Of a DNA stretch of 57,518 nucleotides, positions 1 through 12,006 are shown piece by piece. The DNA is from Chiloscyllium plagiosum (lineage: Eukaryota): the NCBI RefSeq assembly GCF_004010195.1, contig NC_057718.1, forward strand, positions 70,586,763 to 70,644,280, written 5' to 3'. Every line of letters begins with the position of its first letter. Position 1 is the stretch's first letter. The notes under the pieces are model-generated. The model had not been told where the DNA came from. It was given only the letters and a program-made list of their open reading frames with translations, and made no database searches. The position numbers and the translations under genes are program-made.

Positions 1-393
1 AAGGTACACATGTCCTGCATGATCCATTTATGACTGCTCCAACGACTAAACAACCTGTGATTGTTGCTTTCTACATAATGCAGTTCTCCTTGTCCATTTG
101 ATAATGGGCTACTCATGAGCTATTAACTCTGAAGGTTAGTTTGACAATCACTCACTTTATTTATATGCCTGACTGGATACCAGCTGGCCTTTTATTGTGG
201 TATTGAAAATGCACCTGCACAGTCTGGGTGAATGTGTGGCCTCTTGTAGCTATATCAAACTACTCTGCATACTACCACTCTTTCCTGCCACATGTCATTT
301 AAAAACTGGTCATTTTCTTGTGTAAAAGATTACATCTGTGACACATCTTGCTTTGTTTGGGTGTTCTCGTGAATGTCAGTTCAGTTTGTACTT

Positions 394-668
394 TAGATTC
401 CCTACAGTGTGTAAACAGGCCCTTCGGCCCAAGAAGTCCATACCTGACCCTTCGAAGAGTAACCCACCCAGACCCATTTCCCTCTGACTAATACACCTAA
501 CACTATGGGCAATTTAGAATGGCCAATTCACCTAACCTGCACATCTTTGGACTGTGGGAGGAAACCAGAGCACCTGGAGGAAACCCACACAGATACTGGG
601 AGAATGTGCAAACTCCATACAGACAGTCGTGAGGCAGCAGTGCTAGCCACTGAGTCACCATGCCACCC
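394..668 (-). mobile_element. HE1-like tRNA-derived SINE (V-SINE), internally deleted
   Basis: Reverse complement of the shared head gggtggcatggtgactcagtggctagcactgctgcctc, core tgtatggagtttgcacattctccc and LINE-derived tail. Confidence 0.85.
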
Positions 669-2369
669 ATATCCACCTTCAGTAGCTCTTCAATGCTATG
701 TATCTTTGGTTTCTCTAACACCTCTCTTTGGAATGCTTCCAAATGGGTAGATGTAACTAATGACTCAATTCTCCTTTCTAGCACTCCCATCTGAAAATCA
801 CCAAGGTTTTTTCTCTGCATCTCCTCTCAAAATGGTCGATGGACTCTAGATTTCTGTTTTCTTAAAAAAACAGAACTTCTAGTGGATTTGAATATGGAAA
901 TTTTTTTGGGAATCTTTTAATGCTTCGGTTAATCCTGACTTGTGTAGACCTTTGCTCCCAATCTTTAAAGGCTTGTTTTTATGCATCTAACACCCAAATC
1001 TAGAAACTAAAGCACCAAATTATTGTGTTTTTGGGAGTTCTGCTATATTTTAATTTAAATGAGGGAATTTTGTGAACACTGTGACAGCATCTTAATCTTG
1101 TGTGCTATCAATCTGGCACAACCTGATCAGTTGCTTTTCTTGTGAATTAAATGTGCCTCTCAATACGAATTGGTCTGTTTACCAGCAAGCTGTGTTTTTG
1201 GGTCACTACCATAATGACCAAAGGTATCTGGTTGTCTCGTGCAATTTAACACTGCTTAAGATGGGCTGTCTGTGTATTATGCTGTATATTAAGTTGCTGA
1301 CTGTTCAGCCATAATAGGCCTCATTAGCATGATGTTTTCCTGTTATTTCACCATGTCATGTTGGTCTTATATCAATCCCTGAGGAGCAATGATTGATTTA
1401 ACTCTGGTTAGTTTCTTTGTGTTCTACGTTTTTGTGATGTGAATGTTACAGCGCACAGATATTTCTGTGCAACTTGCAAAGACATTGCAGACTAATTGCA
1501 GTCACAGTTTCACACACAGCATGTGGAATCCTATTTAAACGTGAACCCTTTTTATTTGAAGGTGAAGAATACATGGGCAGTCTAGAGTACACTTGCAACA
1601 CCAGTGAGTGTCATGTTGACAGGTTTTTGCACTGCCTGCATCTTTCTAACCATGTAGGAGGCTTTCCACTTACTATTCTTTTATGAACTCTCTCTAGCTA
1701 CTGGCTGTCTGCTCCTGGAACATCAGATCCAAGAAATTTTCTGCATCCTGTATGAGCTTCATTGATTCTAGCCCACCCTTGATCTCCAACTCAGGTTGAA
1801 GCAATTGGAAATACTTTTTCCACAATTCTTCACGTGAAGTGTCCATAATTTCCGCGCAGCAAACAAAATGCAGGTTTAAGACATAGCAATCCACCTTGTG
1901 AAAATGGGCAGATGGCAATGAATTTAACCAAATTATCCATTTAAGGTCAAATTTCATAGGTATCCGAACTGCTATGACTTTCTTTGAATAAAATTCTGAA
2001 ACGTCACCAGATTTAACTTTGTTTTTTGATAACTTCTGAATGAATTTCCACATCTAGCAAACAAAATTACAACTTTTTGTTTTACATAGCATCTACCCTC
2101 TGCAATATATTCTCCAGTCTTTCCAAATTCTTCTTGTCACTCTGCAGATTCTCTCAAATTGCTTTAACAAACAACTTTTCAACTAGATTGACAGCTCATT
2201 AGTTAACTGTAATCCACAATTAAAATTTGGTTGGGGGAACACAGCCTATTAACTGTTGTTGAGCTGCAATTGAAAAGTAGGAAAGAGATGTTGCATTTCA
2301 CATTAATTTGTATAAATGTGTTATCAATGTACTACCATTCTCACTCAATAAGTTCACTTCAGCAAAGTT

Positions 2370-2480
2370 AAAAATTTCAACACCAAGTTATAGTCCAAAA
2401 GGTTTATTTAGAAGCACGAGATTTTAAAGTGCTGCTCCCTCGTTGGGTATCTAGTGTCCACCCAACACCAGTACCTCTAC
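2370..2480 (-). mobile_element. Degenerate Penelope-like terminal fragment (separate family), eroded hammerhead
   Basis: caacaccaagttatagtccaaaaggtttatttagaagcac...gtgctgctccctcgttggg; resembles from memory a shark PLE terminus with CTGATGAAGGAGCAGCGCTCCGAAAGCT on the minus strand. Confidence 0.45.
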
Positions 2481-2820
2481 CGTGACTCTTTTAGCAAACC
2501 ATACTAGTTAACAGCTCCACCAACTTTCATCCAGTTCTCTACACTCAGCACATTCCACACTGCTAACTGATTTGTCAACCCACCCTAAGGTTTAGTGCTA
2601 GACTTTACATGTTGGGATTGATTCAATCTGAAAAATTGACCAATCAGAATTCAAAGGTTTTGTTGTGGTAATATATTGCCATCTTGCAATTGTCTTGTGT
2701 TTCATTTACATTTTGTAAATATGCTAAAGCTTGGTTGTTTATTTACTTTTATTGAAATATTTTATTGTGAATTAATTTTTACTTTAATTAATTTGAATAT
2801 GACAGACATGTTTGAAAACT

Positions 2821-3014
2821 GTCAAAGTGTAGACCTGGAAAACCACAGCAGGTCAGGCAGCGTCAAAGGAGCAGGAAAATCTAACATTCCTGATGAAAGG
2901 TTTATGCCCTAAATGTCGACTCTCCTGCTCCTTGGATCCTGGCTGACCTGCTGTGGTTTTGCAGGGCCACAGTGTTTGACTCTGATTTTCAGCACCTACA
3001 GTCCTCACTTCTCT
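2821..3014. mobile_element. Penelope-like pLTR foldback (two inverted terminal fragments)
   Basis: 2821-2885 is an imperfect reverse complement of ~2915-2980; CTGATGA at 2890, GAAA mutated to TAAA. Confidence 0.8.
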
Positions 3015-3149
3015 CAAGTGTTTTTTTAAAAACTGACCTCATTAACTATTGGTTCAAGGAGTGGAGATGTGAGGTTTTTGGTGAGAGATGAAAATGGAAT
3101 TTAAGGACGAATATCCAAAAACCGGGCATGGCAATAACCTGGAAGTTGT

Positions 3150-3801
3150 TGTGAGAAACAAAAGCTCACTCACTTCAATAATTTCAGTCAGAGACTAAAA
3201 ATCTGAACTAGTAGTGCCGCTTTATTTGTACACTTGCAAGTGGGTGCAATGTCTAATGCCAGGTAAGACAATGACAAATGCACATCAAATCCAACAAACT
3301 CTCAATTTATACAGTTTGAATCCCCATATTTTTTCTTATTCCATTGTTTGCCCCCTCTTCCGCTTACGTCACTCATTTCCTTAAGACTGATCCCACAACT
3401 TCTGTTTATCCGGCCTTGTCAGTGACAAATGTCTATCTCTGCCTCCCATAAGGTTGTTTGACGTCATCCCATCCTTTGCTTACCATTATCTACTCCCTCC
3501 ATCTGCGCTGCCCCTTACAGCATCTTATCACTAAGCCCTTTTAATTGGGGTTTGTTCCTGTCTGTACAAGTGGGAAACCTACTTATAAAGGCCTTTTTTT
3601 TTCACAGCATTTTATCTAGTGCCTGTATTTCTACCATTGTTCTGTAATCACGTCTCATGCTAAGTCCTTCCTCTATGTAGTTCCCATTCTTGCTAACTCA
3701 GCTCCTAGCTGAGAAAACAATCACAGACTAATGTGAATTCATTTACTCTGTATCAGAACTTATAATTTGCAGAAATAACATTAATTCACCTATATCCCAC
3801 A
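3150..3801 (-). mobile_element. Solo LTR, antisense to ezrin
   Basis: Ends TGTGAGA...TCCCACA; TTGT on both sides (3146-3149, 3802-3805); minus-strand TATAAA (3306-3311) then AATAAA (3221-3226). Confidence 0.7.
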
Positions 3802-4056
3802 TTGTTGTGCAAAAGGAAACTGATAACAAAAAATTCAAAAGGATGTTTAATGGGCTTTTTAGGAGGTAAGCTTGTAGCACTACTGGAATAGAACGGTGGA
3901 ATTGCAGCACAGATTGTCAACATAGACGTGAAGGGCTGATTGGTGTCTTTTTTTCATGCTTGAATTATCCTATAATTCTTCTATTCATTTTACTAGTGGA
4001 CTGTCACCTTTCAGTTTCATTTTGAGAAATAATCAAAGTTTCTGTCTTGCTGATAG

Positions 4057-4331
4057 GTATCTCATCAAGATTTGAAGAAAGAAAATCCTGCTCAGTTCAA
4101 GTTTCGTGCCAAGTTCTTTCCCGAGGATGTGGCCGAGGAGCTAATCCAGGAGGTTACTCAGAAGCTCTTTTTCCTTCAGGTCAAGGAAGGCATTCTTTCT
4201 GATGAAATGTACTGCCCTCCTGAAACAGCTGTGTTGCTTGCTTCCTATGCAGTCCAGGCCAAGTTTGGAGATTTCAGTGTGGAAACACACAAGACGGGTT
4301 ACCTTACATCTGACCGCCTGCTCCCACAGCG
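4057..4331 (+). CDS. EZR: Ezrin coding exon (FERM; equivalent to the human 275-bp exon)
   Basis: tgatag|GTA...CAGCG|gtaggt; [92 protein letters not shown]. Confidence 0.96.
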
Positions 4332-4560
4332 GTAGGTAGATGTATAGGATGTTGTGACTTGTGATTTAGGCTGGAGAAAGCTTCAAACCTCAACTTCTAC
4401 ATAGCTCAGCATTTAAAAATGTTATATTTTAATAATGCACAGGCCCTGAATTTCCACAGGGGTTGTAATTTGGGAAGTCAATTAATGGAATCTCCTCAAG
4501 GTGATGGCTGCTGTTTGGATAGAGAAGAGTGTTGTTGATACACCAGAATGAAGTAGAACA

Positions 4561-4905
4561 TAGAACCGTGTGGAAGAAGGCCATTTGGCCCATTGAGTCC
4601 ATACAACATTCAGAGCATCCCATCCAGACCCAGCCCCTTACTGCATCCCTGTAACCCTGCATATCTCACAGCTGACCCATCTAACTAGTATTGCCCTGGA
4701 CATTATGGACAATTTTAGCATGACCAATCTGCCTAACTTGCACATCTTTTGGACTGGGGGAGGAAACCAGAGCACCTGGAGGAAACCCATTTCAATGCTG
4801 GGAGAACATGCAAACTCCATGCATATTGTTCGATTCCACACTCGGGCAACTGAGGTCCCTGGCACTGAGGCAGCAGTGCTAACCACTTAGCCACTATGCT
4901 GCCCC
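4561..4905 (-). mobile_element. HE1-like SINE, diverged
   Basis: Same head, core and tail as other copies, reverse strand. Confidence 0.8.
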
Positions 4906-5789
4906 TGAGAGATTGGATTCTGCTTTCACAACTGTTTCCATTTGGATATTGTTCTAGTAGTAATCAATTCCTCTATAGGTAGCAATCTCCATTTTGTTCA
5001 AGGTCACCATGATTTCACTTCAGGGAAAGGTAAGGATGCGAGCCCCACATTTAGCTCAACCAAGGCCACAATTAAAACCATCACTTTTGGCTTTATTCTG
5101 AATCTGTTTTCTACCAATTCCCTTAACCCTCATGGTTAACAAGAAATTTATTGATCTTGTTAATTTTAGAGCCAGCATTAATTGCATTTTGCGCAAAAGC
5201 TCCTCACAAATTAATCCTTGAAAGTGGAGGGAATGAAAGATGAAATCACCACAACTTTGACTCAAAGTTCCAAAGTTATATTTCTCTAGATCTGATCACC
5301 CATATACCAGGTGTGGTCAACTTAGAACTTTGTATTGCTGGTATATGACCTCTGCACTTGTGTTCTAAGACTCGATTTAAAAATAACAATTTTCTATTTG
5401 CCGCCTTAATTTTCTGTAACTACTGTGACATTTTAGTGATGCATAAATCTGCACTCCTATGACTCTTGTTAGACCACCAATATTGGTTTTCTGGCTGAAG
5501 GAATTATCTGAATTACCAGATTTTCTCATTTTCAAAGCTTGAGCACATTCCATATACAACCCAGAAGGTGGGGAGTGTCTGGAATTTGCTGCTGAACTGG
5601 TTGAGACAGAAATTCTTAGCTTGTTTAAAATGCTCGTTTAAGTGCCTCAAGTGCAGATCTAACTGGCAAGGCTATAGACCATGGGCAGGAAAATAGGATT
5701 AGAATTAATGGTTTATTTATTCAATGAGCTGTGTGCCTTTCTTCTGTGCTGGTCCTAACTGTTAAACTACCAGGTGTCTCTTTTCTTAG

Positions 5790-5873
5790 TGTCATAGATC
5801 AGCATAAACTTACCCGAGAGCAATGGGAGGAGAGAATCCAGGTTTGGCACGAAGAACACCGTGGCATGCACAA
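5790..5873 (+). CDS. EZR: Ezrin coding exon (84 bp, FERM)
   Basis: ttcttag|T GTC...CAC AA|gtgagt; [27 protein letters not shown]; phase fits neighbours; not in ORF track. Confidence 0.96.
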
Positions 5874-6514
5874 GTGAGTTTTGGACTAATCCAGTTGGCT
5901 AATGGGAAGTATTTTTATTAAGGTGGAATCACTTTTATTGAAGTTGAGAAAGAGTTATAAGACTGTGTGGTAGAAATTTGAACAACTTGAATTTGATTTG
6001 TGGAAATGTTGGGTGTTTGGAGACTGAGTTTGCTCTCAGCTCCCGGAGTTAAGGATTCAGAATAATGAGATCCTTGCAGGCAGAATGTATAAGCCCAATG
6101 ACACAGCTAAGCAAACCACTTTTGGGGTTTTAGATAATCCCTATCCCTTCCCAAAGAAATGGTGCAAGGATAATAATGTGAGATTACTCCATGCCCATCA
6201 CTACACTTGCAGACAGAGCACCCATTTTGTGCTTTGCCACATTCTTTTAGTGTAGGTTTTTGGGCATTTCCTTCAACCCAATCAACCTCTGCAGCATGCA
6301 CACCAGAGATGTAAACAGAAGCTATTTTGAATCTCTAAGATCACCTCTTCCATGCAAAACCAGATGTCGTGTACCTAGATTTTGCAACTTTTCACACTTC
6401 ATAATCTATCTTAATTGAATTGGTAGTTGAAATATTAAAGTTTACATGGTACATTGGCAATAGCATTAAGGGAGCTTGTCATAGGATTGGAAAATACTGT
6501 TTGTTTCAGTCCAG

Positions 6515-7234
6515 CAGGAGAAAGTGAGGACTGCAGATGCTGGAGATCAGAGTTGGAGTGTGGTGCTGGAAAAGCACACAGTCTGGCAACATTCCAGAAG
6601 CAGGAGAATCATGTTTGTGGCATAAGCCCTTCATCAGGAAGGGGAGTTGAAGTGTTCAGTCACAGGGTGGTGGGGTTGGTTAGTGCAGGTGTCCCAGAGA
6701 TGTTCTCTGAAATGATTTGTATCTCTGTGACACCCGCACTAACCAATCCCATCGCCTTGTGGCTGAACACTTCAATTCCCCCTCCCATTCTGCCAAGGAC
6801 ATGCAAGTCCTGGACCACCTCCCATCGCCAAACCTTAACCATCCAATGCCTGGTGGAAGAATGCCTCATCTTCCGCCTTGGGACTCTCCAACCACACGGC
6901 ATCAAAGTGGATTTCACCAGTTTCCCTATTTTCCCCATCTTCTCTTCTCTCTCTTTCTTTCCTCCCACCCCCCCACCCCACCCAACCTTCCAACTGGGCA
7001 NCTGCCCTCTTACACAATCCTACCTGTCCACCTTCCTTCCTACCTATCTGCTCCACTCTCCTCTAACCTATCACTTTCAGCTCCACCTTCATCTACCTCC
7101 CCCCATCGACCTCCCATTTATCTCTTGGCCCACCAGCCTCATTCCTGATGAAGGGACTATGCCCGAAATGTCAGTTCTCCTCTTTGGATGCTGCCTGACC
7201 AGCTGTGATTTTCCAGCACCACACTCTTCGATTG
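6515..7234 (+). mobile_element. 5'-truncated Penelope-like element with inverted pLTRs and GIY-YIG C-terminal remnant
   Basis: VAEHFNSPSHSAKDMQVL and EECLIFRLGTLQPHGIKVDF; TSD tgtttcagtccag (6502-6514) / tgtttcaatccag (7235-7247). Confidence 0.88.
7141..7175 (+). ncRNA. Minimal type I hammerhead ribozyme motif in PLE terminus (stem III variant)
   Basis: attc-CTGATGA-aggg-actatg-ccc-GAAA-t-GTC. Confidence 0.6.
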
Positions 7235-7617
7235 TGTTTCAATCCAGTGTTTGATTTGTAACCAAACCAGTGGGCTGACAGTTCCCCTCTTTACTAACTC
7301 AGTGAGAACCTACTGAGAGCTATGTAAATAGTCATACATGTGAGAAACAAGTATAGTTGTCATTCTAGAACCCTAGGCCAATAAAAAACATATATACTTT
7401 TGTTCTAATTGTGGGACAAAGCAAGAGAAGTTTTTAATTTGACATCTGTAATCAATTTAATGTAAGGAAAAATAAAAATAAGAATTTAAAGATTATCGGT
7501 ATTCTCTTGCCTATGATTGCTTGGTCTCTAATTTTAAAATATATGAAAACTCTAATTTTTGGAGAAATTCAGTCATTGTTCACTTATTTGGTTTTAAATT
7601 GTTCATCTCCTCAACAG

Positions 7618-7764
7618 AGAGGATGCCATGTTAGAGTATCTGAAGATTGCCCAGGATCTAGAAATGTATGGTGTTAACTACTTTGACATCAAAAATAAGA
7701 AGGGAACAGACTTATGGTTGGGTGTTGATGCTTTGGGTCTCAATATCTATGAGAAAGAGGACAG
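7618..7764 (+). CDS. EZR: Ezrin coding exon (147 bp, FERM)
   Basis: tcaacag|...GAC AG|gtaagt; [48 protein letters not shown]. Confidence 0.96.
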
Positions 7765-8212
7765 GTAAGTGCAGCCTTTTAATCTCTCAAATGTTCATCT
7801 CTCCATATTCATTTGCAATGCATGAGCTTTGACTGAATTAATCTCAATGAAAGATATTAGATCTGTATAGAATGCATTTTACGTCTAAATTGTTTAGAAT
7901 TTATGCCTTTTCAGTAAAGAGTGTGGCACCTATGGTATTCAGCTGAGTGAATATAGAAAGTATTTCGTTTGATTGGGGCAATCTTTGTAGATGTAACCTG
8001 AGCTACATCAATTGGTTTTTGAATTGCAATGGAACATGGTAGAATAAATATGATGTTATGCTCACAGTTTAGTTGTTTTTTGCTTCAGCTATTAATTGGT
8101 ATAAAACAGTTTTGGATCTTTCCTGTCAAGGTGTGTGTGGATAGCCTGTCTTGCCAACAAGTTGCTTAGTGTCTTTAATGTCATAGAAAATTTGAGCAGG
8201 AGAAGTTTGTTG

Positions 8213-8522
8213 AAGGCAGCTCTATGGTTAGCACTGCTGTCTCACAGCACCGGGGACCCAGGTTCGATTCCATCCTTGGGTGATTGTCTATGTGGAGTTT
8301 GTATGTTCTCTCCATGTCTGCATGGGTTTCCTCCCACAGTCCAAAGGCCAGCTATGCTACATTGCCCATATGTCCAGGATGTGCAGGCAAGGTAGATAAG
8401 CCACAGGAAATTAAGGATTACAAGGATAGAGTAGGGAGATGGGTCTTGGTGAGATGTGCTCAGAGGGTCAGTCTGGAGTCAATGGGCTGAATGGCCTGTT
8501 TTCACACTGTAGAGATTCTATG
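8213..8522 (+). mobile_element. HE1-like SINE
   Basis: tggttagcactgctgtctcacagcacc...ggttcgattcc (B box)...ggcctgttttcacactgtagagattctatg. Confidence 0.82.
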
Positions 8523-8539
8523 CTCCTCTACTCGTTGTG

Positions 8540-9430
8540 GCTATGGTTGATCATTCAACTTGTCCCCACCATTCTGCCATATCCTTCAATCACTTTTAGC
8601 TCCAAGTGTTATACCCAACCCCTCCTTGAAATCATACAAGGTTTTGACATTGACTGCTTTCTATGGTAGTAAATTCTGTAGGCTGGCCACTCCCTCTTGG
8701 TGAATAAATTTTTCTTTTATCTCTTCTAAAATGGTTTACCCAATATTCTTTAGACTGTATCCTCTGGTTCTGAACTCCATTGGGAATGTCCTACGTGTAT
8801 CTAGTCCTGGATTTCTATGACATCACCTTTTATTCTTCTGAGCTCCAATGATTTATATTTCTAACTGCTTTAGCCTTTCCTTGTGTGTCAGTCTAGCCAT
8901 TCCCAATGTTGATAATCTCCCATCTATCCACATTTGTTCACTCAGCTTGTCCAAATCACACTGAAACATCTTTGCATCTGCCTCACAGCTCATCGTCGCA
9001 CCCAGCTTTGTCTGCAAATTTAGTGGTATTTACATGTTTTTTTTCCCCTATTTAAATCATTAATATATATTGTGAACAGCTGGGGTCCTAGCCCTTCTCC
9101 CAACTAGTCATTGGGGCAGGGACTATTTTAACCAAGACCTGTTTATTCTTTCTTTGTTTCCTGTGCCAAACAGTTTTCTATCCATGTCCCTATACTATCC
9201 CCCAATGCCATGTGCTTTAATTTTACATGCTAAACTGTTACATTAGAGTTTGTTGAAAACCTCCTGTAAGGCCAAATAAACTACACATATTTATCAACTT
9301 TACTAGGTACATTCTTGAAGAATCCCAGTAGATTTGTCCAGTATGCTTTCATGAATCCTTGCTGACTCTTTCCAATCTGCCACTATTTTCCAAGTGTGTA
9401 GCTATTAAATCTTTTACAATAGGCACTATC
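8540..9430 (-). mobile_element. Degenerate CR1-type LINE 3' fragment
   Basis: Eroded RT-derived tracts (cccagctttgtctgcaaatt, tgaacagctggggtcctagc, ttgttgaaaacctcctgtaag). Confidence 0.55.
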
Positions 9431-10265
9431 ATATAATAAATAACATTTTAACTCTATGATAAAACCTTCCAAGGGGCTTTTTCAACATGTTTTACACTAT
9501 GCTCCATAAAGAGATATTGGGACAAGTGACCCAATGCTGAAGAGCAGTTTCAGGATAGAGCCAGACTTGCATAAGGGTTGGGGAAAACAAACAGAGTTGA
9601 GGCCTGAGAGCAAGAGCAGAGAGAGATAAAGATTAGGTGAGAGTAGATGAACCACTTTAGGGGAGCAGAGAATAATCCATTTGACATCATTTAAATGATT
9701 GCTATCTTTTTCTCTAAGCTAGACCATTTATATAAACTACAGGTGGAAATTCAAAAATTTCCATTGAATTAAGTGTGGATCATGAATTAATGTGTAGTTT
9801 CACAGAACCACATTCTAGGCATTAAAGTTATTCCCCTCCATCTAATTTGTACCTTGTTCAAACTTGTAGGTTTTTTTTTAACATGAATTACATGAACCTT
9901 TTTGAACTTCCACGAACATCATTGTCTTGGTGGGTTTCACGTGTGGAAGAATCTCCACCTTGAGTTCAAGCATAGTGCTCCCAAAATTAAAGGGAAACTA
10001 GAGCCCAAGCAGAGTATCAAGCAAGTGGAGGGTTCCCTTGGTCTTTCTGGGTTTAGTTGTCACAGACACAGGTTTAGGTTCGTAGATGGTCGCCACCTAA
10101 AATAATGGGATGTGCCACTTTCAACATTTGAACATTTTGGAATAGATAGTCACAAGTACAAACATTAGTATCCCTACCTCTAGAGCAGAAGGCCTGGGCT
10201 CAACACTACCTTCTTCAGAGTTTTGTCATAATCCATCTAAACAGGTGCATTTAAAAACAGATGTT

Positions 10266-10930
10266 AGCAGGAGTAGGCCATTTAGCCCCTGAGGCTGCTC
10301 TGACATTTGATAAGATCATGCTAATCTGATTTGTAGTTTCAACTCTACTTCGTCTGGCCCCCACACCCCTGGACTACCTTGACCGTCAATACTTGGTTAG
10401 ATATGCAAGTACATAGCCTCTACTTCTCTCGGGAAAGGGAATTCCACATTTACAAACCTTAGAGGAAGCAAAATTCTTCACTTGTCCAACTTGGTCAATG
10501 TTCCCTTATGATCCTTCATTCAAGGAATGAGTCAAGTGAATTTTTGTTGACCTTTTTTATAGTACAACATTTAAACCAAAGTTGTACAAGGTATTCCAAA
10601 TGTGTAACAAAACTCCTATTTAGCTATAGTAACAGTTCTCTACTTTTATTTTCTATCCCCTTTTAATACATTGTATTTCTTTTGTCTTCCTAATGGCTTG
10701 CAGTTCTTGCAGACTATTCTTTTTGAGATTTAATTACCAGGGCACCCAGAAAGTCTGTAGTCGCTCCATTCAAATAAGGTACCTATCTATTATTAAGGTG
10801 ACACATTGTCACCTTTCGTTAAAATGATTAATATAGGTTGCCAACAGTTAATCCCTGTGGCATACTACTAACTTGCCAACCTAAAGGTTTTCCACTTAGC
10901 CCTACCAACTACTTATCCCATCTGCTCCAA
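10266..10930 (-). mobile_element. Degenerate CR1 3' fragment
   Basis: agcaggagtaggccatttagccc terminus shared with CR1 copies at 14408 and 53126. Confidence 0.6.
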
Positions 10931-11235
10931 AGGTGTGTGAGAATATTGCTTTTAAAAAAACTAAAATTTGGAGGACTGACCAGAAATATGGTGACCATAA
11001 TGAATCCTCCTCCATTTTCAGATTGTGTAGAGGATAAGTGAGATGATTTTTAGCAAGGTGAACCAATGCCAGGATTTCTTGAAGTAGGAGATAGATCCAT
11101 GCTGTATGTTAGGGGAATTCTTTGGGAGAAATCGATCAGTACAAAAGTTTACAAATGAAGAGAAGAATGCAAGTAACAAAGTATGTAAGAGCAGAATGGC
11201 AGTCCCCCTGTCCCCCCCCCCCCCCCCCCCCCCCT

Positions 11236-11330
11236 GGAATCGAAGAAGAGCTTATGCCCGAAATGTCGATTCTCTTGCTCCTTGGATGCTGCCTGACCTG
11301 TTGTGCTTTTCCAACAACACATGTTTCAAG
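11236..11330 (+). mobile_element. Penelope-like pLTR fragment after a C23 run
   Basis: gaagaagagcttatgcccgaaatgtcgattctcttgctccttggatgctgcctgacctg. Confidence 0.75.
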
Positions 11331-12006
11331 TTAGACATTTTGAGTAAATAATGCTACACACTCAAAGTCTAGTATCTATAGAGAAACTGATCTACTGTGT
11401 TTAGTCCAGTGATTCTTTAGAACTTTTGAGTACTCCCTGTAGGTGAGAACAAAATACAGTTGAATTGGAGCAAGTGAAAATTAATAGGCAGAATCATTAA
11501 ATCATACTGTACAGGATTGGATAAAGAGAAGGGGAGGCTTCTGTAGAAACCATAAACTAGGGTGGCAGGGGGCTGGGACCAGAGCAACAGTTTCGCAAGA
11601 GGAGAGATTGAGGGGGAAGGTAGATGATAGGACCAGTAAATTAGAAAGGATGGATAGGTAGAGACAGGTAAATGAACATGATGCTACTAATGGGCTGAAG
11701 TATGTTCATTTTAATGCAAGGAGTATTTATAGGTAAGGCAGAGGAGCCTAGAGCCTGGATCAATATATGACTATGATGTTAGGGCCATTAGAGACTTGGT
11801 TGAGAGGGGGACAGGACTGGCTGATCAACATTCCAAGACTTCATTTGTTTTAGATGAGATAGAGAGGAAGGTAAGAGTTGGAGGAGTTGCATTACTAATC
11901 AGGGAGAATATTGGGTCTGCACTCAACATTGCCTCAATGGATGTGGGTGGAGCTCAAAAATAAGATGGGTGTAGTCGCTGTGATAGGATTATATTATAGT
12001 CCTCCT

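Noticed and set aside
3040..3130. Possible upstream 96-bp ezrin exon (actattggt... resembles KTIGLREVW)
   Set aside because: The translation diverges immediately (TIGSRSGDVRFL) and there are no fitting splice sites; that exon must lie outside the window.
6454..7254. 266-aa ORF as a gene
   Set aside because: It runs through inverted Penelope termini and a GIY-YIG remnant and contains an N; a TE-derived chance ORF.
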